DNA of 64,000 nt from Alphaproteobacteria bacterium (GCA_045631185.1 JAZQUH010000026.1:12624-76623); one strand, 5' to 3'. Positions 18,756 to 28,996 are shown, counted from the stretch's first letter. Translations and numbers: made by a program. The notes: generated from the letters alone by a model not told the origin.

Positions 18756-20990
18756 CTAATAACAATATCTATTTTGCTGGCACCACGGTATATTTTGACA
18801 TTGAGCCGATTCAGAACTGGTGAAAGGTCCTTCTTCATCTAATTTAACCAAAGAACAACTACTTCCCTTTACTCGAGTAGCATAATTTTGAAGATAATAT
18901 TTTGCATTACCAACAAAAAGTTGGCCCTTTCCTACTTCGCAGGCCCCTTCATATTGAACAACCCGTGTTTTAAGGCTCTCCGAAACATTTCTTCCTACAA
19001 ACAATGAAGCAACTGTATCCACTTGCATATCACCACTGCCATTAATAGAACCACAAACAATAGTTTGAGAATTAATTGATTTTCCTGAATCTTTTATACC
19101 TGCTAAACGAACATTCCCCGTAACCGTCAAATCGCCACCAACCGCTAAATGATTCCAGTTTCTAAAATCTTCATTTATGCTTACATTTAAATTTTTTCCC
19201 ACAAGAATCTTTCCCATATTTAAAACATTATTACCTGCCAAAATATTAATACTACCATTAGGAACTGATATTTCAGCACCAAAATCAACATGGACAGTAT
19301 ATTGATTATCCTCATCAGAATCAGCTCTCTCGTCTGAAATAATAATATCACCATTTTTTGAAATAATTTTTCCCACAGCCTGAATTTGCTCAACAGAAAT
19401 AACACCTTCTGCTTCACCAGAAGAGATAACTGATGCTGTTATATAATCATCACTTTGAACATTATGAACACGACCAGAAACAGACACATAACGTCCAACT
19501 TTAATAGGGCTTAAGACATCCCTTGACGTAAGCAAACTTTCACCAGAAGCATAGCCAAGTATTTTTACTTCAGCTGGAGCAACCAGTTCAAAGGTCATCA
19601 TTGTTAAATTTCCACCAACTTTTAAATTTGCATTTGTATAAAAAGGTCCCATTATTTTCAAATCATCTGAACAAACTATTTTTTTACTGGAAATTCCAAT
19701 TTCTGAATCAGAATCATTTTCATATGTAAAAATTTCATTACCAGAAGAATTTATTACTAAATTTTTTGCAAAAACATTACCCAAAATATATGTTTCTGAA
19801 CCAGTTTCTATTCTCAAGTTACAATCCTGAAAATCCAAATCCTCTTTTATTATTATAGGTTCTGATGAATTTTGAGCTTTCAAGACAACCGTTTCTCCAC
19901 TTAATGAAGCCTTTATATTACCATCCAACGAAATTGAGTTCACCAAAGAAGCACAATCAACATTTTTCACACACGCAGTATGATCCGAATTATGTATATA
20001 ACCATCCGAACAAGGAGTACATTTTGTTGCACCTTCTGCACTGTAATGATTACTGGGACATCTCAGACAACCAGACTGTGTTTTATAATAACCCGCCTCG
20101 CATTTTTCAGAAGAAGTGGATGAAGCGGTCTTATGCCCTGAAGAAGGAGAATAAGAAGAACGCTTAACCGAGGCTGTGGGAGCAGCAACAGAACCAATCC
20201 CCCCTCTACTTCCGGAAACAGCCCCCCCCGTTCCACTACTCGAAGATTGAGAACAAAAACCTGGACCCAAAGTTGAACAGGGAACACAAGCACCATCAAT
20301 CGAATAATAATTAGGAAGACATTCTATAGGTTCTCCATTATCATTACAATTTCTCACACCTTCTCCACAAGTTACACACTCCCCATTGAGCGGACGATAA
20401 CCTATTTGGCATTCAAAAGCTTCACCCTCACAATTTGTACTCTTTTCCGGACATGGTTTACATTTTTTATCAGAAAGATAAAAACCAAAATAACAGTTAG
20501 TAATATTAAATTCCTCATCACATTCCGCATTTGCTGGACAAGCATCAGGTTGATTTTGCATATCGGGATCACCTTTTTGAGTGCTTTTATATTTAGAAAA
20601 ATAAAAAGTTACTTCATGACGAGAAGAACATTTCGCCTTATCAACTCTGATATAATCAATCTCTGAATCAGCCAAATACTTACACAACATTGAATTACCA
20701 ACTGTCACTGTTATCCAAAAGAAATTGGCATTTTTCTTTCCTACACCATTTTCAACCTTTAAAACAGAGCCATTTGGACCTTTTTCAGTTTGAATATCCT
20801 TATCCTCGCTATGAAGCTTTACAGACGCTTCACGAGCCGACTTCACAGAAACAACATATCTAGCAATCGTACGAGCTTCAACTTTTAAACGAGCTGAATT
20901 CCACAAAAAAACTGCAAAAAAACCCAATGATAAAACCGATATTAAAACTAATAACTTCCAATTGATTTTTCCATCTTGAATTAAAAACAT
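18756..20990 (-). CDS. subfamily A paralogue A2 (744 aa) with a degenerate prepilin motif
   Basis: N-terminal 230 aa are collinear with A1 and A3 (ENGVGKKNANFFWITVT..., CxxC modules), but the motif reads DG|KINWK (Glu+5 replaced by Lys). Ser/Gly-rich linker, then a beta-helix-like C-terminal half. Confidence 0.75.
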   Translation of the reverse strand: MFLIQDGKINWKLLVLISVLSLGFFAVFLWNSARLKVEARTIARYVVSVKSAREASVKLHSEDKDIQTEKGPNGSVLKVENGVGKKNANFFWITVTVGNSMLCKYLADSEIDYIRVDKAKCSSRHEVTFYFSKYKSTQKGDPDMQNQPDACPANAECDEEFNITNCYFGFYLSDKKCKPCPEKSTNCEGEAFECQIGYRPLNGECVTCGEGVRNCNDNGEPIECLPNYYSIDGACVPCSTLGPGFCSQSSSSGTGGAVSGSRGGIGSVAAPTASVKRSSYSPSSGHKTASSTSSEKCEAGYYKTQSGCLRCPSNHYSAEGATKCTPCSDGYIHNSDHTACVKNVDCASLVNSISLDGNIKASLSGETVVLKAQNSSEPIIIKEDLDFQDCNLRIETGSETYILGNVFAKNLVINSSGNEIFTYENDSDSEIGISSKKIVCSDDLKIMGPFYTNANLKVGGNLTMMTFELVAPAEVKILGYASGESLLTSRDVLSPIKVGRYVSVSGRVHNVQSDDYITASVISSGEAEGVISVEQIQAVGKIISKNGDIIISDERADSDEDNQYTVHVDFGAEISVPNGSINILAGNNVLNMGKILVGKNLNVSINEDFRNWNHLAVGGDLTVTGNVRLAGIKDSGKSINSQTIVCGSINGSGDMQVDTVASLFVGRNVSESLKTRVVQYEGACEVGKGQLFVGNAKYYLQNYATRVKGSSCSLVKLDEEGPFTSSESAQCQNIPWCQQNRYCY
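20222..20229 (-). repeat. G8 homopolymer tract (C8 on plus strand) inside the A2 coding sequence
   Basis: gccccccccg at 20221-20230 encodes part of SSGTGGAVSG. A second C6 run lies at 20199-20204. Confidence 0.95.
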
Positions 20991-21018
20991 TTTAATCCCC
21001 CTTAGTTAATTAAGATTA

Positions 21019-21047
21019 ACTGTAAAATATTTTTTTTATAAATGCAA
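21019..21047 (-). promoter_or_regulatory. sigma70-like promoter (minus strand) TTGCAT-N17-TACAGT for the A2-A1 operon
   Basis: Reverse complement: TTGCAT (21047-21042), 17 nt spacer, TACAGT (21024-21019). Confidence 0.4.
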
Positions 21048-21069
21048 GCAAAAAATTACAAAAAAACTC

Positions 21070-21098
21070 TTGACTTATACTATTTTTTTTCATATAAT
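21070..21098 (+). promoter_or_regulatory. consensus sigma70-like promoter TTGACT-N17-TATAAT for rimP-nusA-infB
   Basis: TTGACT 21070-21075, 17 nt spacer, TATAAT 21093-21098. Confidence 0.6.
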
Positions 21099-21170
21099 GA
21101 GTTTAACTTTCTGTGTGTTTTGGAGAGTGGGACTTGAAAAAGCCCCACTTTTTTAACAAAAGGGAATAAA

Positions 21171-21656
21171 ATGGAATTGATAAAAAAAGTACAAAATGCT
21201 GTAGAGCCCGCCCTGAACGATATGGGTTATGATGTTGTTCGTATATCCGTTCAAGGAACCACTTTGCAAACATTACAAATTATGGCCGAACGTCAGGACC
21301 GAAAAGAAATGACCCTGGATGATTGTTCACGCATCAGCCATACCGCCAGTGCTTTGTTGGATATTGCCGATCCGTTTGCCGGTAAATGGGTGTTGGAAGT
21401 TTCCTCCCCCGGTATTGACAGACCCTTGGTCAAACCCAATGATTATGAACGCTTTGTCGGTGAACAAGCCAAAATTGAATTAAATCATGAAATCAACAAA
21501 CGCCGTCGTTTTAAAGGAATTATTCAGGGATTTAAGGATGGCTTTGTCCAATTGGATTTTGAAGGTCAAATTATTGCCCTGCCCTTTGATGATATCAGCA
21601 AGGCAAAACTGACTTTCCCAGAAGAAATTTTTAACAACAAAAAAGGAGCAAAATAA
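21171..21656 (+). CDS. rimP: ribosome maturation factor RimP
   Basis: 161 aa directly upstream of nusA. LEVSSPGIDRPL motif. Confidence 0.9.
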   Translation: MELIKKVQNAVEPALNDMGYDVVRISVQGTTLQTLQIMAERQDRKEMTLDDCSRISHTASALLDIADPFAGKWVLEVSSPGIDRPLVKPNDYERFVGEQAKIELNHEINKRRRFKGIIQGFKDGFVQLDFEGQIIALPFDDISKAKLTFPEEIFNNKKGAK

Positions 21657-21657
21657 A

Positions 21658-23172
21658 ATGCAAAATGCAACTTTACCCAGACCAGAACTGATTCAAATGG
21701 CCGATGTGTTGGCCCATGAAAAAGGCATTGATAAATTGGCCGTTTTACATGCGATGGAAGAAGGTATTTCCAAAGCCGGTCGTACAAAATACGGCCCTGA
21801 ATATGATATTCGTACACATATTGATCCGTCAGACGGTTCCATTGAAATGGTTCGTGTTTTGACCATCGTGGAAACAGTGGAAGATGAATTTAAGCAAATT
21901 TCTTTGGCCGAAGCCCGCAAAAACAACAAGTTTGCAAAATTAGGCGAAGAAATCATTGATGCTTTACCACCAATGGATTTTGGTCGTATCGCCGCTTTAA
22001 CCGCCCGTCAGGTGATTATGCAAAAAGTGCGTGATGCCGAACGCAATCAACAATATGAAGCCATGAAAGACAAAAAAGGCCAAATCGTGCATGGTTTGGT
22101 CAAACGTGTGGAAGCCGGCAACTTGATTGTGGAAGTCGGACATGTGGAAACATTGTTGCGCCGTGATGAATTGATTCCCCGTGAATCATATCGTGTGGGT
22201 GATCGCATTCGTGCTTTGGTATTGGATGTACGTCCCGAAATTAGAGGACCTCAGGTTTTCTTGACTCGTTCTCATCCGGATTTTGTAAAAGCTTTATTTA
22301 AGGCCGAAGTACCCGAAGTTTATGACGGTACAATTGAAATTAAATCTGTATCCCGTGATGCCGGTTCCCGTTCAAAAATCGCCGTGTATGCATCTGATTC
22401 AACAGTGGATGCCCGTGGTGCTTGTATCGGTATGCGTGGTATTCGTGTTCAAGCCGTCAGCACAGAATTACAGGGTGAAAAAATTGACGTGGTTACTTGG
22501 TCGGCCGATCCTGCCACCTTTATCATCAATGCTTTGGCACCCAATGAAGTGTTGAAAATCGTGATTGATGAAAATGCCAAAAACGTGGAAGTTGTGATGA
22601 ACGAAGATCAATTGTCTTTGGCCATCGGTCGCCGTGGACAGAACATCCGTTTGGTCAGCCAATTGACCGGTTGGCACATTGATATGATGACCGAAGCCCA
22701 AGAAGCCGAACATCGTCAAAACGAAACAAAAGAACGTGTTGAATTGTTCATGAGCGCTTTGGATATTGATGATATGATGGCCCACCTGTTGATTCAGGAA
22801 GGTTTCGCATCCGTGGAAGACATTGCCTATATCGCTTTGGAAGAACTGACCGACATTGAAGGTTTTGATGAAGGTTTGGCCACAGAATTGCAAAATCGTG
22901 CAAAGGCCTATTTGGTTGCCAAAGAAGCCAAAATCACAGAACGTTTGAAAGAATTGAATTTGGCCAAAGATCTAACCGAATTTGAAGGATTAGATAACGA
23001 ATTATTGGTTAAATTGGGCGACAAAGGCATTAAATGCTTGGATGATTTGGCTGATTTAGCCGGTGATGAATTAATGGAAATTGCCGGTAATATGACAGAA
23101 AAACAAGCAAATGAGATGATTATGAAAGCTCGGGAGCATTGGTTTAGTGAAGAGACACAATCACAGAAATAA
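21658..23172 (+). CDS. nusA: transcription termination/antitermination factor NusA
   Basis: S1 and KH regions (GQIVHGLVKRVEAGNLIVEVG..., LSLAIGRRGQNIRLVSQLTGW) plus C-terminal acidic repeats. Confidence 0.95.
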   Translation: MQNATLPRPELIQMADVLAHEKGIDKLAVLHAMEEGISKAGRTKYGPEYDIRTHIDPSDGSIEMVRVLTIVETVEDEFKQISLAEARKNNKFAKLGEEIIDALPPMDFGRIAALTARQVIMQKVRDAERNQQYEAMKDKKGQIVHGLVKRVEAGNLIVEVGHVETLLRRDELIPRESYRVGDRIRALVLDVRPEIRGPQVFLTRSHPDFVKALFKAEVPEVYDGTIEIKSVSRDAGSRSKIAVYASDSTVDARGACIGMRGIRVQAVSTELQGEKIDVVTWSADPATFIINALAPNEVLKIVIDENAKNVEVVMNEDQLSLAIGRRGQNIRLVSQLTGWHIDMMTEAQEAEHRQNETKERVELFMSALDIDDMMAHLLIQEGFASVEDIAYIALEELTDIEGFDEGLATELQNRAKAYLVAKEAKITERLKELNLAKDLTEFEGLDNELLVKLGDKGIKCLDDLADLAGDELMEIAGNMTEKQANEMIMKAREHWFSEETQSQK

Positions 23173-23488
23173 AAATCCCAAAACGGTTGTCGGAACGCGC
23201 ACCTGTTTTGTATGCAAAACGATTGCCCCACGTGAACAAATGTTGCGATTCGTGGGGCGACCGGGTCAGGTTGTGCGTTTTGACGATCGGGAAATTTTAC
23301 CCGGTCGGGGTATGTGGTTGCATGCCAATTGCGATTGTTTAACAAAAGCCATTGAAAAACGTATCTTTTTTAAAGCCGCCAAAGGGACGGTCAAAATCCC
23401 CGAAAATTTAATGGATGATGTCAGGGAAAAACTGGTCCATCATCCCGAAAAACAAATCCTGTTTAATCAAGGAGGTATCCATGAGTGA
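23147..23488 (+). CDS. YlxR/DUF448 family RNA-binding protein
   Basis: [19 protein letters not shown]...GRGMWLH motif, in the conserved position between nusA and infB. GTG start overlapping the nusA end is tentative. Confidence 0.7.
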   Translation: MKRHNHRNKNPKTVVGTRTCFVCKTIAPREQMLRFVGRPGQVVRFDDREILPGRGMWLHANCDCLTKAIEKRIFFKAAKGTVKIPENLMDDVREKLVHHPEKQILFNQGGIHE

Positions 23489-25880
23489 AAAATTGACTTT
23501 ATCCGGAAAAACACTTTCTTTGGGTGGCACTTTACGACCCAATGCCGGTGCACGCACAGGTGTTCAGGTGGAAGTGCGCAAACAACGCCGTGTAATCAAC
23601 ACCGAACAAAAACCGGCTCAATTGTCCGAAAATGCCGCGCAAAAATTAAAATTGTTGCAAGAGGCACAAAAAGTGGCTGAACATGCCAAACAATTGGAAA
23701 TGGAACGTAAAGCCAAAGAAGAAAAGGCACGTCAAGAAGCCGAAAGAAAAGCTTTGGCCGAAGCCAAACGTCAAGCAGAATTGGCCGAAAAGCAAGCCAA
23801 ACAGGAAAGCATGGAATCCGCCACAAGTTTTAATGATAAAAAACACAATAACAATGATAAGGACGATAACGAACTTTCCCCAAAAAAACAAAAAGAATTT
23901 GAACAGATGATGAATAAAAAAGCATCATTTGAACAAAAACGTCAAGGGAAAGTGAACTTAAACGCCTATAAACAATATCAACCGGCCGAAGATGATGACG
24001 GGGACGATGAAAATGGTCCACGCCGTCACAGACGTTCTTTGGCATCCATTAAACGTGCCAAAGAAAAGCAATATCAAAAATTCTTGAACGCCCAAAAGGG
24101 ACCCGCCGAAAAGGTCATTCATGATGTTGTGATTCCCGAAACGATTACAGTTCAAGAATTGGCCGTCCGTATGGCCGAAAAAGGCGCTGATGTGGTAAAA
24201 ACTTTAATGAAGATGGGGATGATGGTAACCATTACCCAAACCATTGATGCCGATACAGCCGAATTGGTTGTCACCGAAATGGGGCACCGTGTTAAACAAC
24301 GTGTGGCCGAATCCGATGTGGAAAATGTTTTAAAACGTGAAGAAATCCCACAAGATCAATACCTGCCCCGCCCGCCTGTCGTAACGGTTATGGGACACGT
24401 GGACCACGGTAAGACATCTTTGTTGGATGCCTTGCGTTCCACACACGTGGCCACAGGTGAAGCCGGTGGTATTACACAACATATCGGTGCTTATCAGGTT
24501 GTTTTGGCCAACAAACAACGCATTACATTTATTGATACACCGGGGCATGAAGCCTTTACCGCTATGCGTGCCCGTGGGGCCCAAATTACAGATATCGTGG
24601 TTTTGGTGGTTGCCGCCAATGACAGTGTGATGCCCCAAACCGTGGAAGCCATTCACCATGCCCAAGCGGCCAAAGTCCCCGTTATTGTGGCCATCAATAA
24701 AATTGATGTACCAGGTGCAAATCCACAACGTGTACGCACCGATTTATTACAACACGGTATTGCCGTTGAATCCATGGGTGGTGATGTGTTAGAAGTGGAA
24801 GTTTCCGCCAAACAAAGATTGAATTTAGATAAATTGGTGGATGCCATTTTATTACAGGCCGAAATGTTGGATTTAAAAGCCCCGCAAGTGGGACCGGCTG
24901 AAGGTATCGTGGTGGAAGCCCGTATGGATAAGGGACGTGGTTCTGTGGCTACCGTCTTAATGCGTACCGGTACTTTACATATCAGTGATATTTTTGTGAC
25001 AGGTCAACAATGGGGTCGTGTGCGTTCTTTGACAAACGCCAAAGAAGAAAAGCTGACAACGGCTGTGCCGGCTCAACCTGTGGAAGTGGTCGGTTTGAAC
25101 GGAACACCTTCGGCTGGTGATGATTTTGTGGTGGTCAAAGATGAAAATACCGCCCGTGAAATTTCAGCCTATCGTGGTCGCAAAGCCCGTGAATTATTAA
25201 ACATCAAACGCTTGGGCGGTACCGAAGGTTTATTGGCCAAAATTAAAGCCGGCGAAATGAAAGAAGTGCCTGTTTTAATTAAAGCCGATGTGCAGGGTTC
25301 TGTGGAAGCTTTGGTGGGTATCTTATCCAAAATCAAAAATGATGAAGTCAAAGTCAATATTATGCATGCAGCCGTCGGCGCCATCAATGAAACAGATATC
25401 ACTTTGGCCCGTGCCAGCCATGCTATCGTTATCGGCTTTAACGTACGTGCCAATCCGGCCGCCCGTGATATGGCCAAACGTGACGGTGTGGATATCCGTT
25501 ATTATTCCATCATCTATGATGTGGCCGATGATATGAAAAAGGCCGTGGAAGGTTTGTTAACTCCAGAAGAACACGAAAAGATTTTAGGCCATGCCGAAAT
25601 CCGTCAGGTTATTTCCATTTCCAAAGTGGGTAAAATTGCCGGCTGTATGGTGACCGATGGTATGATTAAACGCGGTTCGAAGGTCAGATTGTTGCGTGAT
25701 AACGTTGTTATCTTTACGGGTGATTTGGATCAATTAAAACGCATGAAAGACGATGTCAAAGAAGTTAAAGAAAGTTTTGAATGCGGTGTTAAATTGGCCA
25801 AATATGACGACATTAAAATTGGTGATGTCATTGAATCATTTGAAATTGAAAAAACAGCGGTTAAATTCGTTGCAAAATAA
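23481..25880 (+). CDS. infB: translation initiation factor IF-2
   Basis: GGAGG Shine-Dalgarno before the ATG at 23481. K/E-rich N-terminal region. G domain [26 protein letters not shown]. Confidence 0.95.
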   Translation: MSEKLTLSGKTLSLGGTLRPNAGARTGVQVEVRKQRRVINTEQKPAQLSENAAQKLKLLQEAQKVAEHAKQLEMERKAKEEKARQEAERKALAEAKRQAELAEKQAKQESMESATSFNDKKHNNNDKDDNELSPKKQKEFEQMMNKKASFEQKRQGKVNLNAYKQYQPAEDDDGDDENGPRRHRRSLASIKRAKEKQYQKFLNAQKGPAEKVIHDVVIPETITVQELAVRMAEKGADVVKTLMKMGMMVTITQTIDADTAELVVTEMGHRVKQRVAESDVENVLKREEIPQDQYLPRPPVVTVMGHVDHGKTSLLDALRSTHVATGEAGGITQHIGAYQVVLANKQRITFIDTPGHEAFTAMRARGAQITDIVVLVVAANDSVMPQTVEAIHHAQAAKVPVIVAINKIDVPGANPQRVRTDLLQHGIAVESMGGDVLEVEVSAKQRLNLDKLVDAILLQAEMLDLKAPQVGPAEGIVVEARMDKGRGSVATVLMRTGTLHISDIFVTGQQWGRVRSLTNAKEEKLTTAVPAQPVEVVGLNGTPSAGDDFVVVKDENTAREISAYRGRKARELLNIKRLGGTEGLLAKIKAGEMKEVPVLIKADVQGSVEALVGILSKIKNDEVKVNIMHAAVGAINETDITLARASHAIVIGFNVRANPAARDMAKRDGVDIRYYSIIYDVADDMKKAVEGLLTPEEHEKILGHAEIRQVISISKVGKIAGCMVTDGMIKRGSKVRLLRDNVVIFTGDLDQLKRMKDDVKEVKESFECGVKLAKYDDIKIGDVIESFEIEKTAVKFVAK

Positions 25881-25902
25881 AAACGAATTTGAAATTTTAA
25901 AA

Positions 25903-25927
25903 GCCTTCCAAAATGGGAGGCTTTTTT
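25903..25927 (+). terminator. rho-independent terminator after infB
   Basis: GCCTTCC-aaaat-GGGAGGC stem-loop followed by TTTTTT. Lies between convergent genes. Confidence 0.7.
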
Positions 25928-25954
25928 ATTAAGTTAAACAGAATAAAAAGAAAT

Positions 25955-26839
25955 CTAAACTTTTAATTTTTCGGCCTCTAATGCTGATGCCTCTAACACA
26001 GATTCCGGTATTGTAATTTCAGGATGATTGGATTGCATATATTCAACATATTTGTATTCCACATATTTAAATAAATCAACCACATCTTGAACTTTTTGAT
26101 AATCGCATGGGTGTTGTGTTCTGGCCTGATAACTTTCAACTAAAGCTTTGCCCCATTGTTCGTTTGTTCGACCCCAAAAACGCCCCAAATCAGCATGCCT
26201 GTCCGAAACAGAAGCAAAAGAAAAATCGATGATACCACTGACATGTCCATTATCAATCAAAACATTGCCAGGATTAAAATCGCCATGGATAATTGCCGGG
26301 GCTGTATTTTGCATTTCCATGGCACATAAAGAAGAATGTTTTTGTAAATCATAATCCCCCTGATGCACCGTTGCAAGACCGGCCAAGAAATCCCCCAAAC
26401 TTTCTTTGATTTCATGTGGCATATCTGAAGTTGGAATCGCATGCAGTTCCTGTAAAAACAGGCTCAAATCTTCAATGATTTTGGCGCGTTCATTATTGCC
26501 CATTTTATCCATTTGAGAAGTCAGCGATTGTCCTTTAATCTTGTTATGAACGGAAAAAGGTCTATTTTGGCTCATATTCAATTGCATATCCGGGGTCGGC
26601 AAACTGACTTTGCCCTTTAAAAAAGAGCAAAATATACAATCTTTTACCATCATACGGGCAAAAAATAAATTTCTGGGAAAACGAAAAATATAATCTTGCA
26701 CTTCACCCTTAACATCCATCGTTATGTTTGTCCAACCTGTTTGGATAACATCTGCATGAACCAAAACATCTTTGCCCATCAAATTTTCACGTATGACGTT
26801 TTCCAGTTCATTTTCATCCGGGGTAAAAAAGTTATACAT
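25955..26839 (-). CDS. aminoglycoside-phosphotransferase-fold (APH / choline-kinase-like) kinase
   Basis: Catalytic loop HGDFNPGNVLIDN and IDFSFASV (DFG-like) motifs. Confidence 0.75.
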   Translation of the reverse strand: MYNFFTPDENELENVIRENLMGKDVLVHADVIQTGWTNITMDVKGEVQDYIFRFPRNLFFARMMVKDCIFCSFLKGKVSLPTPDMQLNMSQNRPFSVHNKIKGQSLTSQMDKMGNNERAKIIEDLSLFLQELHAIPTSDMPHEIKESLGDFLAGLATVHQGDYDLQKHSSLCAMEMQNTAPAIIHGDFNPGNVLIDNGHVSGIIDFSFASVSDRHADLGRFWGRTNEQWGKALVESYQARTQHPCDYQKVQDVVDLFKYVEYKYVEYMQSNHPEITIPESVLEASALEAEKLKV

Positions 26840-27671
26840 CTTCTGACTCCATTAAATTTTTCATCCATTTTTTCTTGGCCTGTAATAATGTTTCCGGATT
26901 TCCAACGGGAAAATCCATCTGGCGATATTCTTGCAATACCTGAACGGCCAAAGGATCGTTCAAATGTGTTTTTTGAATCGGATCCGTCAAATGATGCGCC
27001 CATAAAATCAGCGTATCTCTTTCGGTAAAAAGTCCCGATTTTGTTAAAGCTGATAAACAAGGTGCCAAGGCATTATAAAAATAATCAGATGAACTCATCT
27101 TGACAATACGGCCTGTTGCTTGTTGACGTTGTTGAATAAAAAAATCAGATATCTTGCGTGGCACACATAAAACATGGGTTTGAATTTTATAATTCATTTT
27201 TTTTGCCAGCGTCATCAGGTAAAGATCAATTTCGGGTTCCAACAAAGTCATATCAAAAATAATATTTACCTGATTTAAAATACAGTGCTTATAAAACATC
27301 ACCAATGCCCTAAGCGCAAAACCGTTTGTTTTTTCCCGTATTTGATCTGGGCATTGTTGTTGCCATTGTTGATATTGTGGATGAAAAGGCGCAAAAGCCC
27401 CCACATTGATTTTGATTACATCTTTATTTTGAAGTGCATTTTCCAAAGCCGGTACCAATTGTGAAGATTTTCCCGAACCTGATTGACCGGCCACCCGAAT
27501 TAAAAACGGATTTTTTTGACCAATTATTTGACTTTGAAAATGCTGGATAATTTGATTTAAGGGCACTTTGTCCAGTAAATCTTCCTCGCACGGAAAAATT
27601 CGCTGAATAGCCTTAAAGGCCTGATTTTCCAATGCGACAAAAGAAGAATCCTGTAAAAAATGTATATCCAT
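26832..27671 (-). CDS. zeta-toxin-like / AAA P-loop kinase family protein
   Basis: Walker A VAGQSGSGKSS at the position and overall size (279 aa) typical of zeta-toxin-domain proteins. 8-nt overlap with the downstream APH-like gene. Confidence 0.5.
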   Translation of the reverse strand: MDIHFLQDSSFVALENQAFKAIQRIFPCEEDLLDKVPLNQIIQHFQSQIIGQKNPFLIRVAGQSGSGKSSQLVPALENALQNKDVIKINVGAFAPFHPQYQQWQQQCPDQIREKTNGFALRALVMFYKHCILNQVNIIFDMTLLEPEIDLYLMTLAKKMNYKIQTHVLCVPRKISDFFIQQRQQATGRIVKMSSSDYFYNALAPCLSALTKSGLFTERDTLILWAHHLTDPIQKTHLNDPLAVQVLQEYRQMDFPVGNPETLLQAKKKWMKNLMESEDV

Positions 27672-27767
27672 TTTCTCTCTCTTTTTTTAATAGGTGAATT
27701 ATAACGTATCACTATTGAAATATCAATAAAAAAACACAACAAGATATTAAGATAAAAAATAATACCA

Positions 27768-27803
27768 TCAAAAAAATAAATCAGCCCCAAAATTGAGGCT
27801 GAT
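27768..27803 (-). terminator. rho-independent terminator (minus strand) after B1
   Basis: ATCAGCC-N10-GGCTGAT stem-loop followed on the minus strand by TTTATTTTTTT. Confidence 0.65.
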
Positions 27804-27808
27804 AATTT

Positions 27809-28996
27809 TTATGCCGGAACACACTTACTTCCATTCCAAACAGGACGAGTAGCAGGGCAACAGGCCCCATATTGATGTCCTCTAGGTCTAAATCCAATAT
27901 CCGTATACACTTCATCTTCTGTGCAACAACGACCAACATTATCACCAAAATTGTTATTCGGACAATCAATCACACAATGATCATAATAATCATAGAGCGA
28001 AAAACTGATTCCAGGACATTTATTACAACCTGAAGAACTCCAATATGATGTTTGAACTCCACAGGTTATACACTGCCCCCATCCATCATAAAATTGGCCT
28101 GGTCCAGTACAAGGTTTATCACAACTTTCGCCCCAACCAGCATCTGATGTTAAAATTCGTACTCCTCCACATTGCTCAACACATTCTAAATTTTCCTCAT
28201 GAGTTTGATGGTGTGTGTATGCACCAGAATCACAGGATTGACATTTTGAAGCCTGATAGGAATAAAAAAAGCCGGGCGGACAACTTTCCAAAACACAAGC
28301 ATTGTTTCGGAAAACATATCCAATTCCCTCGTAAGTACATTTTGAACACTCTGCCTCAGAATCAGCGGAAAACTCTGTATAATCCTGAAAGAATGTCGGA
28401 CATTCTATACAAGTTCCTCTTGCTGATAACACAGGTTTATTCGGCGGACAAGAGTTATCACACAATGGTTCAGGAAAACAACGAGACATATTGCAATGAG
28501 CGCAATAACCGCAATCTGCATCAGAAGAACATTGTGCTTCACTTGATTTTAGTTCTTTTTGATACACTAAAGAAACCGTTGCATTATCAACACATTCTTC
28601 TGGATAAAAAGCAAAAATCGAAGTTCCAACACCCGCACTAAGCTTAGCATGTTTACAGACGTCTTTTTCAACACCTGAAACAGATAAAACAAAATAATTA
28701 TCTGTATGCTTAGCTATTTGCCCAAGATCATTTTTTACTTCTGTAGAAAAAGTACCATATCCTGATGTGTTGAATTCTGAAATATTAGGATCTTTTTTAT
28801 TTACCATTTGAATAGAAACAGAGGTTGCACGCAAAGAAGCCTCATGTAATAATGTATTTGCCTTACTTTTTGCCATTGAAGTTGTATAACCATATATTCC
28901 CCCAATACTCAAAACACCAATAACAGCTAATACACCCAACATTTCAACCATTGAGCGACCAGATTCTGGTTTTAGTTTTTTTCGACTAAAATACAT
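27809..28996 (-). CDS. prepilin-leader cysteine-repeat modular protein, subfamily B, member B1 (395 aa)
   Basis: MYFSRKKLKPESG|RSMVEMLGVLAVIGVLSIGGIYGY leader and helix. Pilin-like module with 2 Cys, then about 220 aa of CxxC / CPPGFF modules. Confidence 0.8.
   Translation of the reverse strand: MYFSRKKLKPESGRSMVEMLGVLAVIGVLSIGGIYGYTTSMAKSKANTLLHEASLRATSVSIQMVNKKDPNISEFNTSGYGTFSTEVKNDLGQIAKHTDNYFVLSVSGVEKDVCKHAKLSAGVGTSIFAFYPEECVDNATVSLVYQKELKSSEAQCSSDADCGYCAHCNMSRCFPEPLCDNSCPPNKPVLSARGTCIECPTFFQDYTEFSADSEAECSKCTYEGIGYVFRNNACVLESCPPGFFYSYQASKCQSCDSGAYTHHQTHEENLECVEQCGGVRILTSDAGWGESCDKPCTGPGQFYDGWGQCITCGVQTSYWSSSGCNKCPGISFSLYDYYDHCVIDCPNNNFGDNVGRCCTEDEVYTDIGFRPRGHQYGACCPATRPVWNGSKCVPA

Noticed and set aside
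21566-24155. Antisense and alternative-frame ORFs within rimP, nusA and the infB 5-prime region (for example 21693..21956, 22468..22893, 22908..23345, 23596..23891, 23683..23910)
   Set aside because: They overlap strongly supported conserved genes. The infB ones arise from the repetitive K/E/A-rich N-terminal coding region.
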